Part shown: piece after piece, positions 28,782 through 38,861 of the stretch
Layout of the letters: each line of letters opens with the position of its first letter
Position numbering within the stretch: position 1 is the first letter of the stretch
NCBI GenBank assembly: GCA_963826115.1
Contig: CAWGVS010000005.1
Coordinates: 480,001 to 544,000 of the forward strand
Source of the DNA: an uncultured Candidatus Rokubacteria bacterium
Lineage (GTDB): Bacteria; Methylomirabilota; Methylomirabilia; Rokubacteriales; DASRDR01
DNA: 64,000 nt
Reading direction: 5' to 3'
Notes under the pieces: generated by a model
Told to the model about the DNA's origin: nothing
The model's input: the letters and a program-made list of their open reading frames with translations, nothing else
The model's database searches: none
Made by a program: the position numbers and the translations under genes

Positions 28782-28811
28782 TTGACACCCCATCGGCGAG
28801 GAGCGTAGCGT
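28782..28811 (+). promoter_or_regulatory. Sigma70-like promoter
   Basis: TTGACA-18 bp-TAGCGT. Confidence 0.55.
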
Positions 28812-28878
28812 AAAACTCAGGTGAGGTCCGGACAGGGGAGGAAGGCGATGCCCCTCCGACCGCTCCGAAAACCGACTG

Positions 28879-28932
28879 ACGCCTCCGGGCAGCAGGCCGA
28901 AAGGTCGCGCGCCGCGGGGGCGTTGTTGTTTC
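28879..28932 (+). terminator. Intrinsic terminator-like hairpin within a 5' leader
   Basis: ACGCCTCCG...GGCC-GAAA-GGTC...CGGGGGCGT followed by TGTTGTTT, just before the RBS. Confidence 0.55.
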
Positions 28933-28945
28933 TGGGGAGGGCGCC

Positions 28946-29473
28946 ATGGTCGGATCGACCGAGTCGACGTCAGTCGAGCGAGGCGACACGTACGTCAACC
29001 CCAAGGAGGGCGTCTACGAGGAAGGGCTCGTGGCGGGGCTCCTGGGAGCCGCCACGATCGCGGTCTGGTTCCTGATCCTCGACTCCGTGGCCGGCCGGCC
29101 ATTCCGGACGCCGACGATCCTGGGCACGGCCATCTTCCGGGGCGGCCAGGGGCTGACGTCGGCGGAAGGCGTGCCCGTGTCCTTCGAGATGGTCGTGCTC
29201 TACACCTGGGTTCACGCTCTGGTGTTCTGGGTGATCGCGGGGGTCGCCGCCCGGCTCCTGCGGGTCGCGGAGCGCCAGCCGAACGCGGGGTTCGGGATCC
29301 TCCTCCTCTTCGTGGTGTTCGAGTTCGGCTTCGTCGCGGCGGCGCTGATCTTCGCGGCGCCGGTGCTCCACGCGCTCACGTGGCCGGCGATCCTCGTGGG
29401 GAATCTCCTCGCGGCGCTGGCGATGGGCGCCTACTTCTGGCGCCGCCACCCCGACCTCCGGATCGTTCCCTGA
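28946..29473 (+). CDS. Hypothetical integral membrane protein (about 4 TM)
   Basis: EGLVAGLLGA, WFLILD...P..TP..LG, YTWVH, WRRHP; hydrophobic helices. Confidence 0.8.
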   Translation: MVGSTESTSVERGDTYVNPKEGVYEEGLVAGLLGAATIAVWFLILDSVAGRPFRTPTILGTAIFRGGQGLTSAEGVPVSFEMVVLYTWVHALVFWVIAGVAARLLRVAERQPNAGFGILLLFVVFEFGFVAAALIFAAPVLHALTWPAILVGNLLAALAMGAYFWRRHPDLRIVP

Positions 29474-30518
29474 GGGCGGGAGCAATCCGGCGTACCGCCG
29501 AGCCTCCCACCAGCGACGCGACGACCTCCGCGTCGGCGGGTGGCATCGGAAGGGCCTCCAGCTCGGCCGGAGTCACCCACCGGTAGGGCTGGCCCTCGCG
29601 GGGCTCGATGCGCCCGCGCTCCGGCTGGCACCGGAAGAAGTGGAGAAGCACCCGCCGGTCAGGATAGGTCCAGGGGACGACCGCGAGGCGGGCGCCGACC
29701 CGGACGCGCATGCCGAGCTCCTCGTCGAGCTCCCGTGCGAGGCACGTCTCGAGTGATTCGCCGGGCTCGCGCTTGCCCCCGGGAAACTCCCAAAGCCCGC
29801 CGAGGTGCTTCGCCGGATCGCGTCGGGTGACCAGGAACCGTCCGCCGCGCTCGACGATCGCCGCGGTGACCTCGACGACCGGGAAGCCCGCCCGCGCGGC
29901 CAGCTCCCCGAACAAGGCCAGCACCGAGGCCCGGTACGTCGGCCACACGGCCGCATGGCGGCTCGCGTTCGCCGGGTGGAGCAGCACCCAGATCTCGCGT
30001 CCGTCGGCGCGGTACCGGCGCCCGTGGTCGTCGGGGAGGCGGACGGGCTGCTCGAGCACCGCCCGCGCGGCCACCCCGCCCACGGTGACCACGACCTCCG
30101 GTCGGAGGGCCGCCAGCTCCGCCAAGAGGAACGGGCGGCAGCGTCGCGCCTCGCTGGCGAGCGGGCTGCGGTTGCCGGGTCGACGCCGGCCGCCACCGGC
30201 CGGCGCGGCGGGCCAGCACTTGACCGCGTTGGTGAGGTAGAAGAGATCCTCGAGGTCGAGCCCGAGGCGCCGGATCTCGCGACGGAGGATCATCCCGCCG
30301 GCCCCGGTCCACTGTCGCCCGTTCTCGACGCTCGCGATCCCCGGCGCCTCGCCGACCAGGACGAACCGGGCGTCGCGGCGCCCGAGCGCCCGTGCTGGGA
30401 ACTTCTGCCAGTCGCGCATGGTCGGACACGCGCGACAGGCCGACACCCGGCGAAGCGTCCCCGGGAGCGTCGCCAGCGCCTCGGGCCGGCCTCGCGGCGC
30501 GGCCGAACGTGACGTCAG
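29376..30518 (-). CDS. Uracil-DNA glycosylase-like domain fused to a MutT-type Nudix hydrolase (start uncertain, possibly CTG 30518)
   Basis: CRAC, VGEAPG, TNAVKC, RC, LHPA (family-4-like UDG), then WEFPGGKREPGESLETCLARELDEELG Nudix box. Confidence 0.85.
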   Translation of the reverse strand: MTSRSAAPRGRPEALATLPGTLRRVSACRACPTMRDWQKFPARALGRRDARFVLVGEAPGIASVENGRQWTGAGGMILRREIRRLGLDLEDLFYLTNAVKCWPAAPAGGGRRRPGNRSPLASEARRCRPFLLAELAALRPEVVVTVGGVAARAVLEQPVRLPDDHGRRYRADGREIWVLLHPANASRHAAVWPTYRASVLALFGELAARAGFPVVEVTAAIVERGGRFLVTRRDPAKHLGGLWEFPGGKREPGESLETCLARELDEELGMRVRVGARLAVVPWTYPDRRVLLHFFRCQPERGRIEPREGQPYRWVTPAELEALPMPPADAEVVASLVGGSAVRRIAPALRERSGGRGGGARSRRPSPAPRGDSPRGSPAT

Positions 30519-31216
30519 CGTCCCTCCCAGGGGTAGGCCCGGCAGAAGCGGCGCATCGGGCAGGTGAGGCAGAGGGGCTTTCGCGCCGTGCACCAGGTCG
30601 CCCCGAAGTCCATGAGCGCCTGGTTGAAGTCGTAGACGCGGGCTCGCGGGAGGACGCGCTCGGCGAGCGCCCACAGGGCCGCGGTCGAGACGCGGCGCCC
30701 GTCCTGACCGTGAAAGACGCGGCCGAGGACGCGCCGCACGTTGGTGTCGAGGATCGCGGCGCGCTGCCCGTGGGCGAACGAGCGGACCGCGCCGGCGGTG
30801 TAGCGTCCGATGCCCTTCATGGCGCGGAGGGCCTTCTCCTCCACGGGCAGCCGCCCGCCGTAGCGCGCGACGGCTTCCCGCGCGATGCCGTGCAGGTGGA
30901 CCGGGCGGACGTTATAGCCGAGCGGATACCACGTGCGCGTGACGTCCTGGACGTCCGCCTCGGCCAGCGCCTCGAGCGTCGGGTAGCGGCCGAGGAACTC
31001 GTGGTACTTCGGGACGACACGGTCCACCTGGGTCTGCTGGAGCATGATCTCCGAGACCAGCACGTGGTAGGGGTCGCGGGTCCGTCTCCAGGGGAGATCG
31101 CGCTGGTGACGCGCGTACCAGCGGAGGAGGCCCTGGCGGAACCGCCGGAGCATCCCGGCATCGGGGTCGCGGGTCGCGCGGACCCGACGCCGACTCGAGG
31201 TCTTCCGCCGCCGCAC
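30515..31216 (-). CDS. mutY: A/G-specific adenine glycosylase, short form without the C-terminal domain
   Basis: LPWR, VSEIMLQQTQV, GIGRYTAGA, DTNVRRV, NQALMDFG, C-x6-C-x2-C-x5-C. Confidence 0.88.
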   Translation of the reverse strand: MRRRKTSSRRRVRATRDPDAGMLRRFRQGLLRWYARHQRDLPWRRTRDPYHVLVSEIMLQQTQVDRVVPKYHEFLGRYPTLEALAEADVQDVTRTWYPLGYNVRPVHLHGIAREAVARYGGRLPVEEKALRAMKGIGRYTAGAVRSFAHGQRAAILDTNVRRVLGRVFHGQDGRRVSTAALWALAERVLPRARVYDFNQALMDFGATWCTARKPLCLTCPMRRFCRAYPWEGR

Positions 31217-31258
31217 GGGCCGATTATATCGGCCCGGCGGCGCGTCGACGGCCGGGCA

Positions 31259-31831
31259 TCAGCGGGGCTCGAGCGGATCGTCGGGCGGCGGGTCCGTCTG
31301 GCCGTGGCGCTCCGCCCGGAAGCGGTAGAGGCGCACCGGGCTGAACCGCCAGACGCCCGCCTTCCGGCGCGCCCTCGTGAGCTGCTGCTCGGTCGTGGCC
31401 ACGTCGGGGAGGCCGGGGAGGAGCCCGCCCCGTCGGCGGAACCCCTGGACGAGGAGCCCGTGGACGCGAGGGTCCTGCCCGCGGAGGTCCTTGAGCCGCT
31501 CGAGCGGTCCGAGGAAGTAGACCTCGTAGCGCAGGGTCGGGAGCTCGCTCGGCCTGACCGGCGGGAAGCGCGGATCGCGACTCGCGGCCAGGACGGCCGC
31601 GGCGAGCACCTCGTCGACGAGCCGGGGCCGGCTGGCGGTGAAGCGTCCCATGCACCCGCGGAGCTGGCCCTCGACGCGCAGGGCGACGAAGGCGGCGCCC
31701 GGCTGGCGGAGCGCCCCGGGCGGGTCCGACGGCGCCTCGACCCGGGAGCCCGTTCTCACGTAGTGCTCGACGGCTTCGCGGGCGAGCGCTACCGCGAAGG
31801 GCCCCGCCTCCCGATCCGCTCCCACGGCCAC
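31259..31831 (-). CDS. AMMECR1 domain protein (start uncertain)
   Basis: AFVAL, LRGCMG, DPRFPPV, GLLPGL, KAG. Confidence 0.8.
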   Translation of the reverse strand: MAVGADREAGPFAVALAREAVEHYVRTGSRVEAPSDPPGALRQPGAAFVALRVEGQLRGCMGRFTASRPRLVDEVLAAAVLAASRDPRFPPVRPSELPTLRYEVYFLGPLERLKDLRGQDPRVHGLLVQGFRRRGGLLPGLPDVATTEQQLTRARRKAGVWRFSPVRLYRFRAERHGQTDPPPDDPLEPR

Positions 31832-31884
31832 GCGGACATGATCCCGGGGCGGCCCGGTATAATGCAAGCGTCGACGAGCCAGCC

Positions 31885-32976
31885 ATGAGCGACCGCCTTC
31901 CCCTCCACGACGTCCACGAGCGCCTCGGCGCCCGCTTCGGCGAGGCCGACGGAGTCCTCGCGCCGCTTCACTACGGGGACCCCGCCGGCGAGCACGAGGC
32001 CGTGCGCGAGCGGGCCGGCGTGATCGACCGCTCCGAGCGCGGCAAGATCGAGGTCACCGGGAAGGACCGGGCGACGTTCCTCCACGGCCTGATCTCGAAC
32101 GACGTGAAAGGGCTCGCCCCCGGCCAGGGGAACGAGTCGACCCTCCTCGACGTCCACGGGAAGGTGACCGCGCTGCTCACGGTCCACTGTCTCTCCGACC
32201 GGCTGATCCTCGAGACGGACTCCCATCTCAGGGAGTCCCTGCTGACGACCATCGACCGCTACCTCTTCTCCGAGCGCGCCGAGCTGGAGGATGTCACGGC
32301 AGCCTCCGGAATCCTGACCGTCGCGGGCCCGAGCGCCCGGAAGACGGTGGAGCAGGCGCTCGGGGTGGCGGTGCCCGATCTCGCCCCTTGGCACCACGTC
32401 GTGGCGACGGTCGAGGGGACCGACGTGCGGGTCGTCCGGACGGAGGAGACGGGCGAGGAAGGCTACGACCTGTGGGTCGGGACGGCGGCCCTCGGGCGGT
32501 TGTGGGAGCGGCTCCGCGAGGCCGGCGCCCGGCCGGTCGGCCGCGAGGCCTGGAACGTCCTGAGGGTCGAGGCCGGCGTCGTTCGCTACGGCGTCGACGT
32601 GGACGCCTCGACGCTCCTCCTGGAGGCCTCGCTTCCCCAGAGCTACTCCATGAACAAGGGTTGCTACATGGGGCAGGAGGTCGTCGCGCGGATCACCTAC
32701 CGCGGCCACGTGAACCGGAAGATCGTCGGCTTCCGCTTCGCGGACGCGCGGGTGCCCGCGTTGGGCGCGCCGGTCACGGTGGAGGGGAAGGAGGTCGGAC
32801 GCATCACGAGCGCCGTCCTGTCCCCGGCCCTCGGCGTGGCGCTCGCGCTCGGGTTCCTGAGACGCGAGCACCACGCGCCCGGCACGCGCGTCGACGTCGG
32901 GGCCGGCTCCGCCGATGCGGTGCTCCCCGCCGAGGTCGCGGCGCTGCCCTTCTACCGGCGGGCGCCCGCCGCGTGA
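31885..32976 (+). CDS. ygfZ: Folate-binding YgfZ/GcvT family protein
   Basis: [12 protein letters not shown] signature; GcvT-like N-terminus. Confidence 0.85.
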   Translation: MSDRLPLHDVHERLGARFGEADGVLAPLHYGDPAGEHEAVRERAGVIDRSERGKIEVTGKDRATFLHGLISNDVKGLAPGQGNESTLLDVHGKVTALLTVHCLSDRLILETDSHLRESLLTTIDRYLFSERAELEDVTAASGILTVAGPSARKTVEQALGVAVPDLAPWHHVVATVEGTDVRVVRTEETGEEGYDLWVGTAALGRLWERLREAGARPVGREAWNVLRVEAGVVRYGVDVDASTLLLEASLPQSYSMNKGCYMGQEVVARITYRGHVNRKIVGFRFADARVPALGAPVTVEGKEVGRITSAVLSPALGVALALGFLRREHHAPGTRVDVGAGSADAVLPAEVAALPFYRRAPAA

Positions 32977-35093
32977 GCTCGCCCGGCCCCCACGCGCCCG
33001 GAGCGGGCCGCACGCCGAACCGCCTGGGCGGCGAGACGAGCCCCTACCTCCTCCAGCACCAGTACAACCCCGTCGACTGGTATCCGTGGGGCCCCGAGGC
33101 GTTCGAGCGGGCGCGGCGCGAGGACAAGCCCCTCCTCCTGTCGGTGGGTTACTCGGCCTGCCACTGGTGCCACGTGATGGAGCGCGAGTCGTTCGAGGAC
33201 CCCGCGATCGCCGGCCTGATGAACCAGCGGTTCGTGAACATCAAGGTCGACCGCGAGGAGCGTCCGGACGTCGACTCGATCTACATGCAGGCCGTCCAGG
33301 CGATGACGGGCCACGGCGGCTGGCCGATGACCGTGTTCATGACGCCCGAGGGCGTGCCCTTCTACGGGGGCACGTACTTCCCGCCCGGAGACCGCCACGG
33401 GATGCCGGGATTCCCGCGGGTGCTCGACGCGGTCGCCGACTACTACCGCGACCGGCGCGGCGACGCCGACCAGGTCGGGCGGGAGCTCGTCGAGCGGATC
33501 CGCCAGAGCGAGCACGTCCGGGCTGGCGGCGATCTGCTGACGGGGGAGCTGCTCGACGGCGCGTACCGCGGGCTCCGCTCCGAGTTCGACGCCCGCCACG
33601 GCGGGCTTGGGCGCGCGCCGAAGTTCCCGCAGCCGATGGCCTTCGACTTCCTCCTCCGGTACTGGCGCCGGCGCGGCGCCCCGGAGGCGCTCCACATGGT
33701 GCGCGAGACCCTCACGCGCATGGCGCGGGGCGGGATCTACGACCAGCTGGGCGGCGGCTTCCACCGCTACTCCGTCGACCAGGTCTGGCTCGTGCCGCAC
33801 TTCGAGAAGATGCTCTACGACCAGGCCCAGCTGGCGCTCCTCTACCTCCAGGCCTGGCAGGCTAGCGGCGATCCCGAGTACCGGCGCGTGACCGAGGAGA
33901 CGCTCGACTACGTCGTCCGGGAGATGACCCATCCCGAAGGGGGCTTCTACTCGACCCAGGACGCGGACTCGGAAGGGGAGGAGGGAAAGTTCTTCCTCTG
34001 GGACCGGGCAGAGATCGAGTCCCTGCTCGACCCCGAGTCGGCTCGCGTCGTCCTCCACTACTGGGGCGTGGCGGACGGCCCGAACTTCGAGGGCCGGAGC
34101 ATACTCCACGTTCCCCGCGACGCGGGCGAGGTGGCGTCCGCGCTGGGCATCGACGCGGACCGCCTCGTCCACCTTCTGCGCGAGGCGCGCGCCACGCTCT
34201 TCGCTCACCGGGAAAGGCGGGTGAAGCCCGGCCGCGACGAGAAGGTCCTGGCGGGCTGGAACGGCATGATGCTCCGCGCCTTCGCCGAGGCGGCGGCCGC
34301 CCTCGGTCGCCCCGACTACGTCCGCGTGGCCGAGCGGAATGCCGCGTTCCTCCTCGGCGCGCTGGTCGAGAACGGGCGGCTCCGCCGGACCTGGAAGGAC
34401 GGCCGGGCCAAGCTTCTCGGGTACCTCGAGGATCACGCGATGGTGGTCGACGGGCTGATCGCGCTCCACGAGGCCACCCTGGACCACCGGTGGATGGACG
34501 CAGCGCGGCGGCTCGCCGCGGCGATGCTGGACCTCTTCTGGGACCCGGAGGCGCAGGGCTTCTTCGACACCGGTCGGGACCACGAGGCCCTCGTCGTCCG
34601 GCCCCGGAGCCTGTTCGACTCGGCGGTGCCGTGCGGCTCGTCGGTGGCGGCGGACGTCCTGCTCCGCCTCCAGGTCCTCACGGGGAACGAGGAGTTCGGG
34701 CGGCGCGGGACGGACACGATCCGGGCGGTCGCCCCCCTCGTGGCCCGCTATCCGTCCGGCTTCGGCCGGTTCCTGGCGGCGCTCGACTTCCACCTCGGGT
34801 CGCCCGTGGAGGTCGCGATCGTATGGCCGCCGGAGGGCTCGCCGGCAGACCGAACGCCCCTCCTCGACGAGGTGTTCCGCCGCTACCTCCCGAACCGGGT
34901 CGTGACCGGGGGGCCGGAGGGGGTGGGCGTCGACCTGCCGCTCCTGGCCCACAAGCGGGCGCGGGGCCGGCCCACGGTCTACGTGTGCGAGGGGTACGCC
35001 TGCCAGGCGCCGACGACGGACCCGGCCGAGCTGGCCCGGGAGCTCGAGCGCCGTGGCGCCCGGGCCGCGTCGGCACCGCCAGTTGATGCCTGA
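32973..35093 (+). CDS. Thioredoxin-domain protein YyaL/SSP411 (DUF255)
   Basis: [48 protein letters not shown]. Confidence 0.93.
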   Translation: MSSPGPHAPGAGRTPNRLGGETSPYLLQHQYNPVDWYPWGPEAFERARREDKPLLLSVGYSACHWCHVMERESFEDPAIAGLMNQRFVNIKVDREERPDVDSIYMQAVQAMTGHGGWPMTVFMTPEGVPFYGGTYFPPGDRHGMPGFPRVLDAVADYYRDRRGDADQVGRELVERIRQSEHVRAGGDLLTGELLDGAYRGLRSEFDARHGGLGRAPKFPQPMAFDFLLRYWRRRGAPEALHMVRETLTRMARGGIYDQLGGGFHRYSVDQVWLVPHFEKMLYDQAQLALLYLQAWQASGDPEYRRVTEETLDYVVREMTHPEGGFYSTQDADSEGEEGKFFLWDRAEIESLLDPESARVVLHYWGVADGPNFEGRSILHVPRDAGEVASALGIDADRLVHLLREARATLFAHRERRVKPGRDEKVLAGWNGMMLRAFAEAAAALGRPDYVRVAERNAAFLLGALVENGRLRRTWKDGRAKLLGYLEDHAMVVDGLIALHEATLDHRWMDAARRLAAAMLDLFWDPEAQGFFDTGRDHEALVVRPRSLFDSAVPCGSSVAADVLLRLQVLTGNEEFGRRGTDTIRAVAPLVARYPSGFGRFLAALDFHLGSPVEVAIVWPPEGSPADRTPLLDEVFRRYLPNRVVTGGPEGVGVDLPLLAHKRARGRPTVYVCEGYACQAPTTDPAELARELERRGARAASAPPVDA

Positions 35094-35111
35094 CCGCCGA
35101 AAGGCTATAGT
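35083..35111 (+). promoter_or_regulatory. Sigma70-like promoter of the first dppA
   Basis: TTGATG-17 bp-TATAGT. Confidence 0.6.
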
Positions 35112-35154
35112 CTGGGCACCTTTCCGAACCATTCTTTCACAGAGGAGACCGCCT

Positions 35155-36759
35155 ATGCGCTTCGCTCGAGCCGTACTTCTGGCAACCATCGTGCTGCTGG
35201 TGGGGATGGCGGGTCCGGCCGTCGCCCAGACCTTCATCTTCGGCGGCCAGGGTGAGCCGGTCCAGTTCGACCCCGCGGTCATCACCGACGGGATCTCCTC
35301 CAGGATCACGCGGCAGATCTACGACACCCTGTACGAGTTCAAGCCGGGCACCACGCTGGTCCAGCCCGCACTCGCCGAGAAGGCCGAGGCCTCGGCCGAC
35401 GGCAAGACGTGGACGCTCCAGCTCCGGAAGAACGTGAAGTTCCACGACGGCGAGCCGTTCGACGCGAAGGCCGTGGTCTGGAACTTCGATCGCTGGATGA
35501 ACACCAAGAACCCGCAGCACGAGAACCAGCTGAAGGCGGGGCAGACCTTCGAGTACTTCGAGGGCCAGTTCGACGGGTTCGACGACAAGTCGGTCATCGA
35601 GAAGGTCGAGGCCACGGGCAGCCACACCGTGAAGTTCACACTCCGGCAGCCCCAGGCGCCGTTCCTCCAGAACATCGCGATGTTCCCGTTCGGCATCGCC
35701 AGCCCGAAGGCCGTCGAGAAGTGGGGTACGGACTACGGCAAGCACCCGGTGGGCACGGGCGCCTTCAGGTTCGTCGAGTGGAAGCCGAATCAGGAGGTCG
35801 TCCTCGAGGCGAACCCCGACTACTGGGGGAAGAAGGCCAGCATCAAGCGGGCCATCGTGCGCAACATCAAGGACAACTCCCAGCGCGTCGCCGCCCTCAA
35901 GGCCGGCGAGGTGCACGGGATCGAGGGCATCAACCCCGACGACCTGAAGGTCCTGAAGGCCGACGGGAACCTCCAGGTGCAGCTCCGCCCGACGAACACG
36001 ACGGGCTACGTCGCGTTCAACTTCAAGGTCAAGGAGTTCCAGGACAAGCGGGTCCGCCAGGCGATCGCCCACGCCATCAACAAGAAGGCGATCGTCGACG
36101 CGCTGTACGGCGGCACCGGCCTCGTGGCCACGCAGTTCCAGCCGCCACCGCTCTGGGGCTTCAACAAGGACCTGAAGGGCGACGAGTACAGCCCGGCCAA
36201 GGCCCAGGACCTCCTGAAGCAGGCGGGCTTCCCGAACGGCTTCAGCGAGATCACCTGGGAGGACGGCAAGAAGGAGCCGCTCGTCTTCTGGTACATGTCC
36301 CGCTCGCGCCCGTACTTCCCGAACCCGAAGGAGATTGGCGAGGCCATCGCGGCCGACCTCGCGAAGGTCGGGATCAAGGGCCAGATCCAGACCGTGGAGT
36401 GGGCGAACTACCTCGACAAGCGGAAGAACGGGGAGCTCCCGCTGTACATGCTCGGGTGGACCGGCGACAACGGCGATCCCGACAACTTCCTGTGCTACTT
36501 CTTCTGCCCGGACAAGGCGTCGCGCGAGGGGTTCCACTCGAACCCGCCGCTCTCCGACCTGCTCAGGCGCGCGGCCACGCTCACCAGCCAGACGGAGCGC
36601 GCCAAGCTCTACCGCCAGGCCGAGCAGATGATCCATGACAACGTGTCGCGCGTCTTCATCGCGAACAACGAGCCGCCGCTCGCCTTCTCGAAGAAGGTGA
36701 AGGGGTACGTCACCAGTCCGTTAGGCGACGAGCAGTTCAACCTGGTCTCGATGCAGTAG
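35155..36759 (+). CDS. dppA: Dipeptide ABC transporter substrate-binding protein (family 5)
   Basis: Signal peptide, VKFHDG, PVGTGAF, RPYFPNP, GWTGDNGDPDNF. Confidence 0.9.
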   Translation: MRFARAVLLATIVLLVGMAGPAVAQTFIFGGQGEPVQFDPAVITDGISSRITRQIYDTLYEFKPGTTLVQPALAEKAEASADGKTWTLQLRKNVKFHDGEPFDAKAVVWNFDRWMNTKNPQHENQLKAGQTFEYFEGQFDGFDDKSVIEKVEATGSHTVKFTLRQPQAPFLQNIAMFPFGIASPKAVEKWGTDYGKHPVGTGAFRFVEWKPNQEVVLEANPDYWGKKASIKRAIVRNIKDNSQRVAALKAGEVHGIEGINPDDLKVLKADGNLQVQLRPTNTTGYVAFNFKVKEFQDKRVRQAIAHAINKKAIVDALYGGTGLVATQFQPPPLWGFNKDLKGDEYSPAKAQDLLKQAGFPNGFSEITWEDGKKEPLVFWYMSRSRPYFPNPKEIGEAIAADLAKVGIKGQIQTVEWANYLDKRKNGELPLYMLGWTGDNGDPDNFLCYFFCPDKASREGFHSNPPLSDLLRRAATLTSQTERAKLYRQAEQMIHDNVSRVFIANNEPPLAFSKKVKGYVTSPLGDEQFNLVSMQ

Positions 36760-36792
36760 TTCGCGGAAACCCGGTCGGAGGACGGGGAGCCG

Positions 36793-37797
36793 GTGCGGAG
36801 TTACGCCGTTCGGCGGAGTCTCACCGTGATCCCCGTCCTCCTCGGGGTCTCGATCCTCGTTTTCAGCTTCGTTCATCTGATCCCTGGTGACCCCGCGGTC
36901 ACCATGCTCGGCGAGCGGGCGACCCCCGAGAAGGTCGCGGAAGTCCGCAAGCGACTCGGTCTGGACCGCCCGATCCCGGAGCAGTACCTCCTCTACATCA
37001 GCAAGGCGATTCGCGGGGATCTGGGCGTCTCGATCGTCCGGGGCGACCCGGTGTTCACCGACATCCTCCGCCGGTTCCCGGCGACCGTGGAGCTGGCGGT
37101 TACTGCCATCGTCCTCGCGGTTCTGTTCGGGATCCCGGTCGGCATCATCTCCGCCGTCTGGCGGAAGTCCTTCATCGACAGCCTCTCGCGCGTGCTCGCG
37201 CTGACCGGGGTCTCGATGCCGATCTTCTGGCTGGGCGTGATGCTGGCCTGGGTGTTCGCCGTCGAGCTCCACTGGCTGCCCACGGGAGCGCGGCTCGACA
37301 GCGTGGCCGACTACGAGCCCTGGACGCACTTCGTCTTGCTCGACGCGGTCCTGCAGCACAACTGGGCGATGATTCCCGACGCGCTCAGGCACCTGGTGCT
37401 GCCCGCGGTGGCCCTCGCCACGATTCCGCTCGCCGTGGTTGCCCGGATGATGCGGGCGAGCATGCTCGAGATCCTCTCGCGTGACTACATCCGCACGGCC
37501 GACGCCAAGGGGCTCTCGCGGGCAGCCGTGGTCCTGCGCCACGGGCTACGGAACGCGCTGTTGCCGGTACTGACGGTGGTGGGCCTCCAGGTCGGCTCCT
37601 TGCTGGCGGGGGCGATTCTCACGGAAACGATCTTCTCCTGGCCGGGGATCGGCCGCTGGGTGTACGAGTCGATCGAATCGCGCGACTATCCGATCGTCCA
37701 GGGGGCCAGCCTCTTCATCGGGGTCATCGTCGTCGTGGTGAATCTCTTCACGGACCTCCTCTACGCCGCGGTCGATCCGCGGATCAAGTACGACTGA
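36793..37797 (+). CDS. dppB: Peptide ABC transporter permease
   Basis: PGDP, GDLGVS, SMPIFWLG, RTADAKGL, TETIFSWPGIG. Confidence 0.92.
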   Translation: MRSYAVRRSLTVIPVLLGVSILVFSFVHLIPGDPAVTMLGERATPEKVAEVRKRLGLDRPIPEQYLLYISKAIRGDLGVSIVRGDPVFTDILRRFPATVELAVTAIVLAVLFGIPVGIISAVWRKSFIDSLSRVLALTGVSMPIFWLGVMLAWVFAVELHWLPTGARLDSVADYEPWTHFVLLDAVLQHNWAMIPDALRHLVLPAVALATIPLAVVARMMRASMLEILSRDYIRTADAKGLSRAAVVLRHGLRNALLPVLTVVGLQVGSLLAGAILTETIFSWPGIGRWVYESIESRDYPIVQGASLFIGVIVVVVNLFTDLLYAAVDPRIKYD

Positions 37798-38705
37798 TGG
37801 GCGCGACGACGCAGGCGGCGACTCTCGAGGCCGTCGCGGTCCCCGCGGCGCGCAGCCAGAGCCCGGCGGCAGCGGCATGGCGTCGGCTCCTGTCGAGCCC
37901 CGTTGCGCGCGCGGGCCTGGCGATCGTCTGCCTGTTCGTCCTGGTCGGCGCCCTCGCCCCGCTGGTCCACCACTATGATCCCAAGACGGATTCGAGCTTG
38001 GGTGAGCGGCTCCGGCCGCCCGGCGGCGAGCACCCCTTGGGTACGGACTCACTCGGGCGCGACATCCTGGTGAGGGTGATTCATGCGGCGCGGGTGTCGC
38101 TTGGTCTCGGGATCAGCTCGGTGATCGTGGCGGCCGCGATCGGGTCGTTGCTCGGCCTCGTGGCCGGCTATGCCGGTCGGACGCCGGACCTCGTCGTCAT
38201 GTTCTGCATGGACATCCTGCTGGCCTTCCCGGGGACGCTCCTGGCCATCGCGATCGTGGCGATGATCGGGCCCGGTCTCCGGAACTCGCTCCTCGCCATC
38301 AGCATCGTGGCCATCCCGATCTACGCCCGGATCGCCCGTGGGGCGGTGCTCGAGCTTCGCGAGCTGGAGTTCGTGACGGCGGCGAGGGCGCTCGGTGGCA
38401 GCGGCGCGCACGTGGTCATGCGCCACATCTTCCCGAACACGCTGCCGCCGCTCATCGTCCAGACGACCCTGGCGATCGCGTTCGCCATACTGGAGGCGGC
38501 CGCGCTGGGGTTCCTCGGCCTGGGCGCCCAGCCGCCGACGCCCGAATGGGGCGCGATGCTGGCCGACTCGTACAAGTACTTCACGAGCGGCGCCTGGTGG
38601 GTGTTTTTCTTCCCGGGTGCCGCCATCATGATGTCGGTTCTCGGGTTCAACCTGCTCGGCGACGGTCTGCGCGATGCACTCGACCCGAGGCTCCGCTCGG
38701 ACTAG
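37797..38705 (+). CDS. dppC: Peptide ABC transporter permease
   Basis: HPLGTDSLGRD, AARALG, LGFLGLGAQPPTPEWG, GDGLRDALDP. Confidence 0.92.
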   Translation: MGATTQAATLEAVAVPAARSQSPAAAAWRRLLSSPVARAGLAIVCLFVLVGALAPLVHHYDPKTDSSLGERLRPPGGEHPLGTDSLGRDILVRVIHAARVSLGLGISSVIVAAAIGSLLGLVAGYAGRTPDLVVMFCMDILLAFPGTLLAIAIVAMIGPGLRNSLLAISIVAIPIYARIARGAVLELRELEFVTAARALGGSGAHVVMRHIFPNTLPPLIVQTTLAIAFAILEAAALGFLGLGAQPPTPEWGAMLADSYKYFTSGAWWVFFFPGAAIMMSVLGFNLLGDGLRDALDPRLRSD

Positions 38706-38792
38706 CTTCGCTCGACTCCGGGCGCGCCTTTAGCAGCCCGAGGTGGACGTCCGGCATGGGACGAGGAACCGGCAGGTCCTGGGGTCCATCCG

Positions 38793-38821
38793 TTGAAGCC
38801 AGTTGACCGGAGGGCTATAGT
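38793..38821 (+). promoter_or_regulatory. Sigma70-like promoter of the second dppA
   Basis: TTGAAG-17 bp-TATAGT, in the same GGCTATAGTCT context as 35103-35113. Confidence 0.6.
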
Positions 38822-38861
38822 CTTCCCACCGATTCCAACCATCGAACGAGGAGGAACCCCC

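Noticed and set aside
28795-28890. Assignment of the leader as a fluoride or SAH riboswitch
   Set aside because: Only scattered words match (GGCGATG, GAGGAGCG). The required P1 pairing and CAGGCTC/CTGATGAC cores are missing, and the downstream gene is not a typical target. Kept only as an unassigned structured leader.
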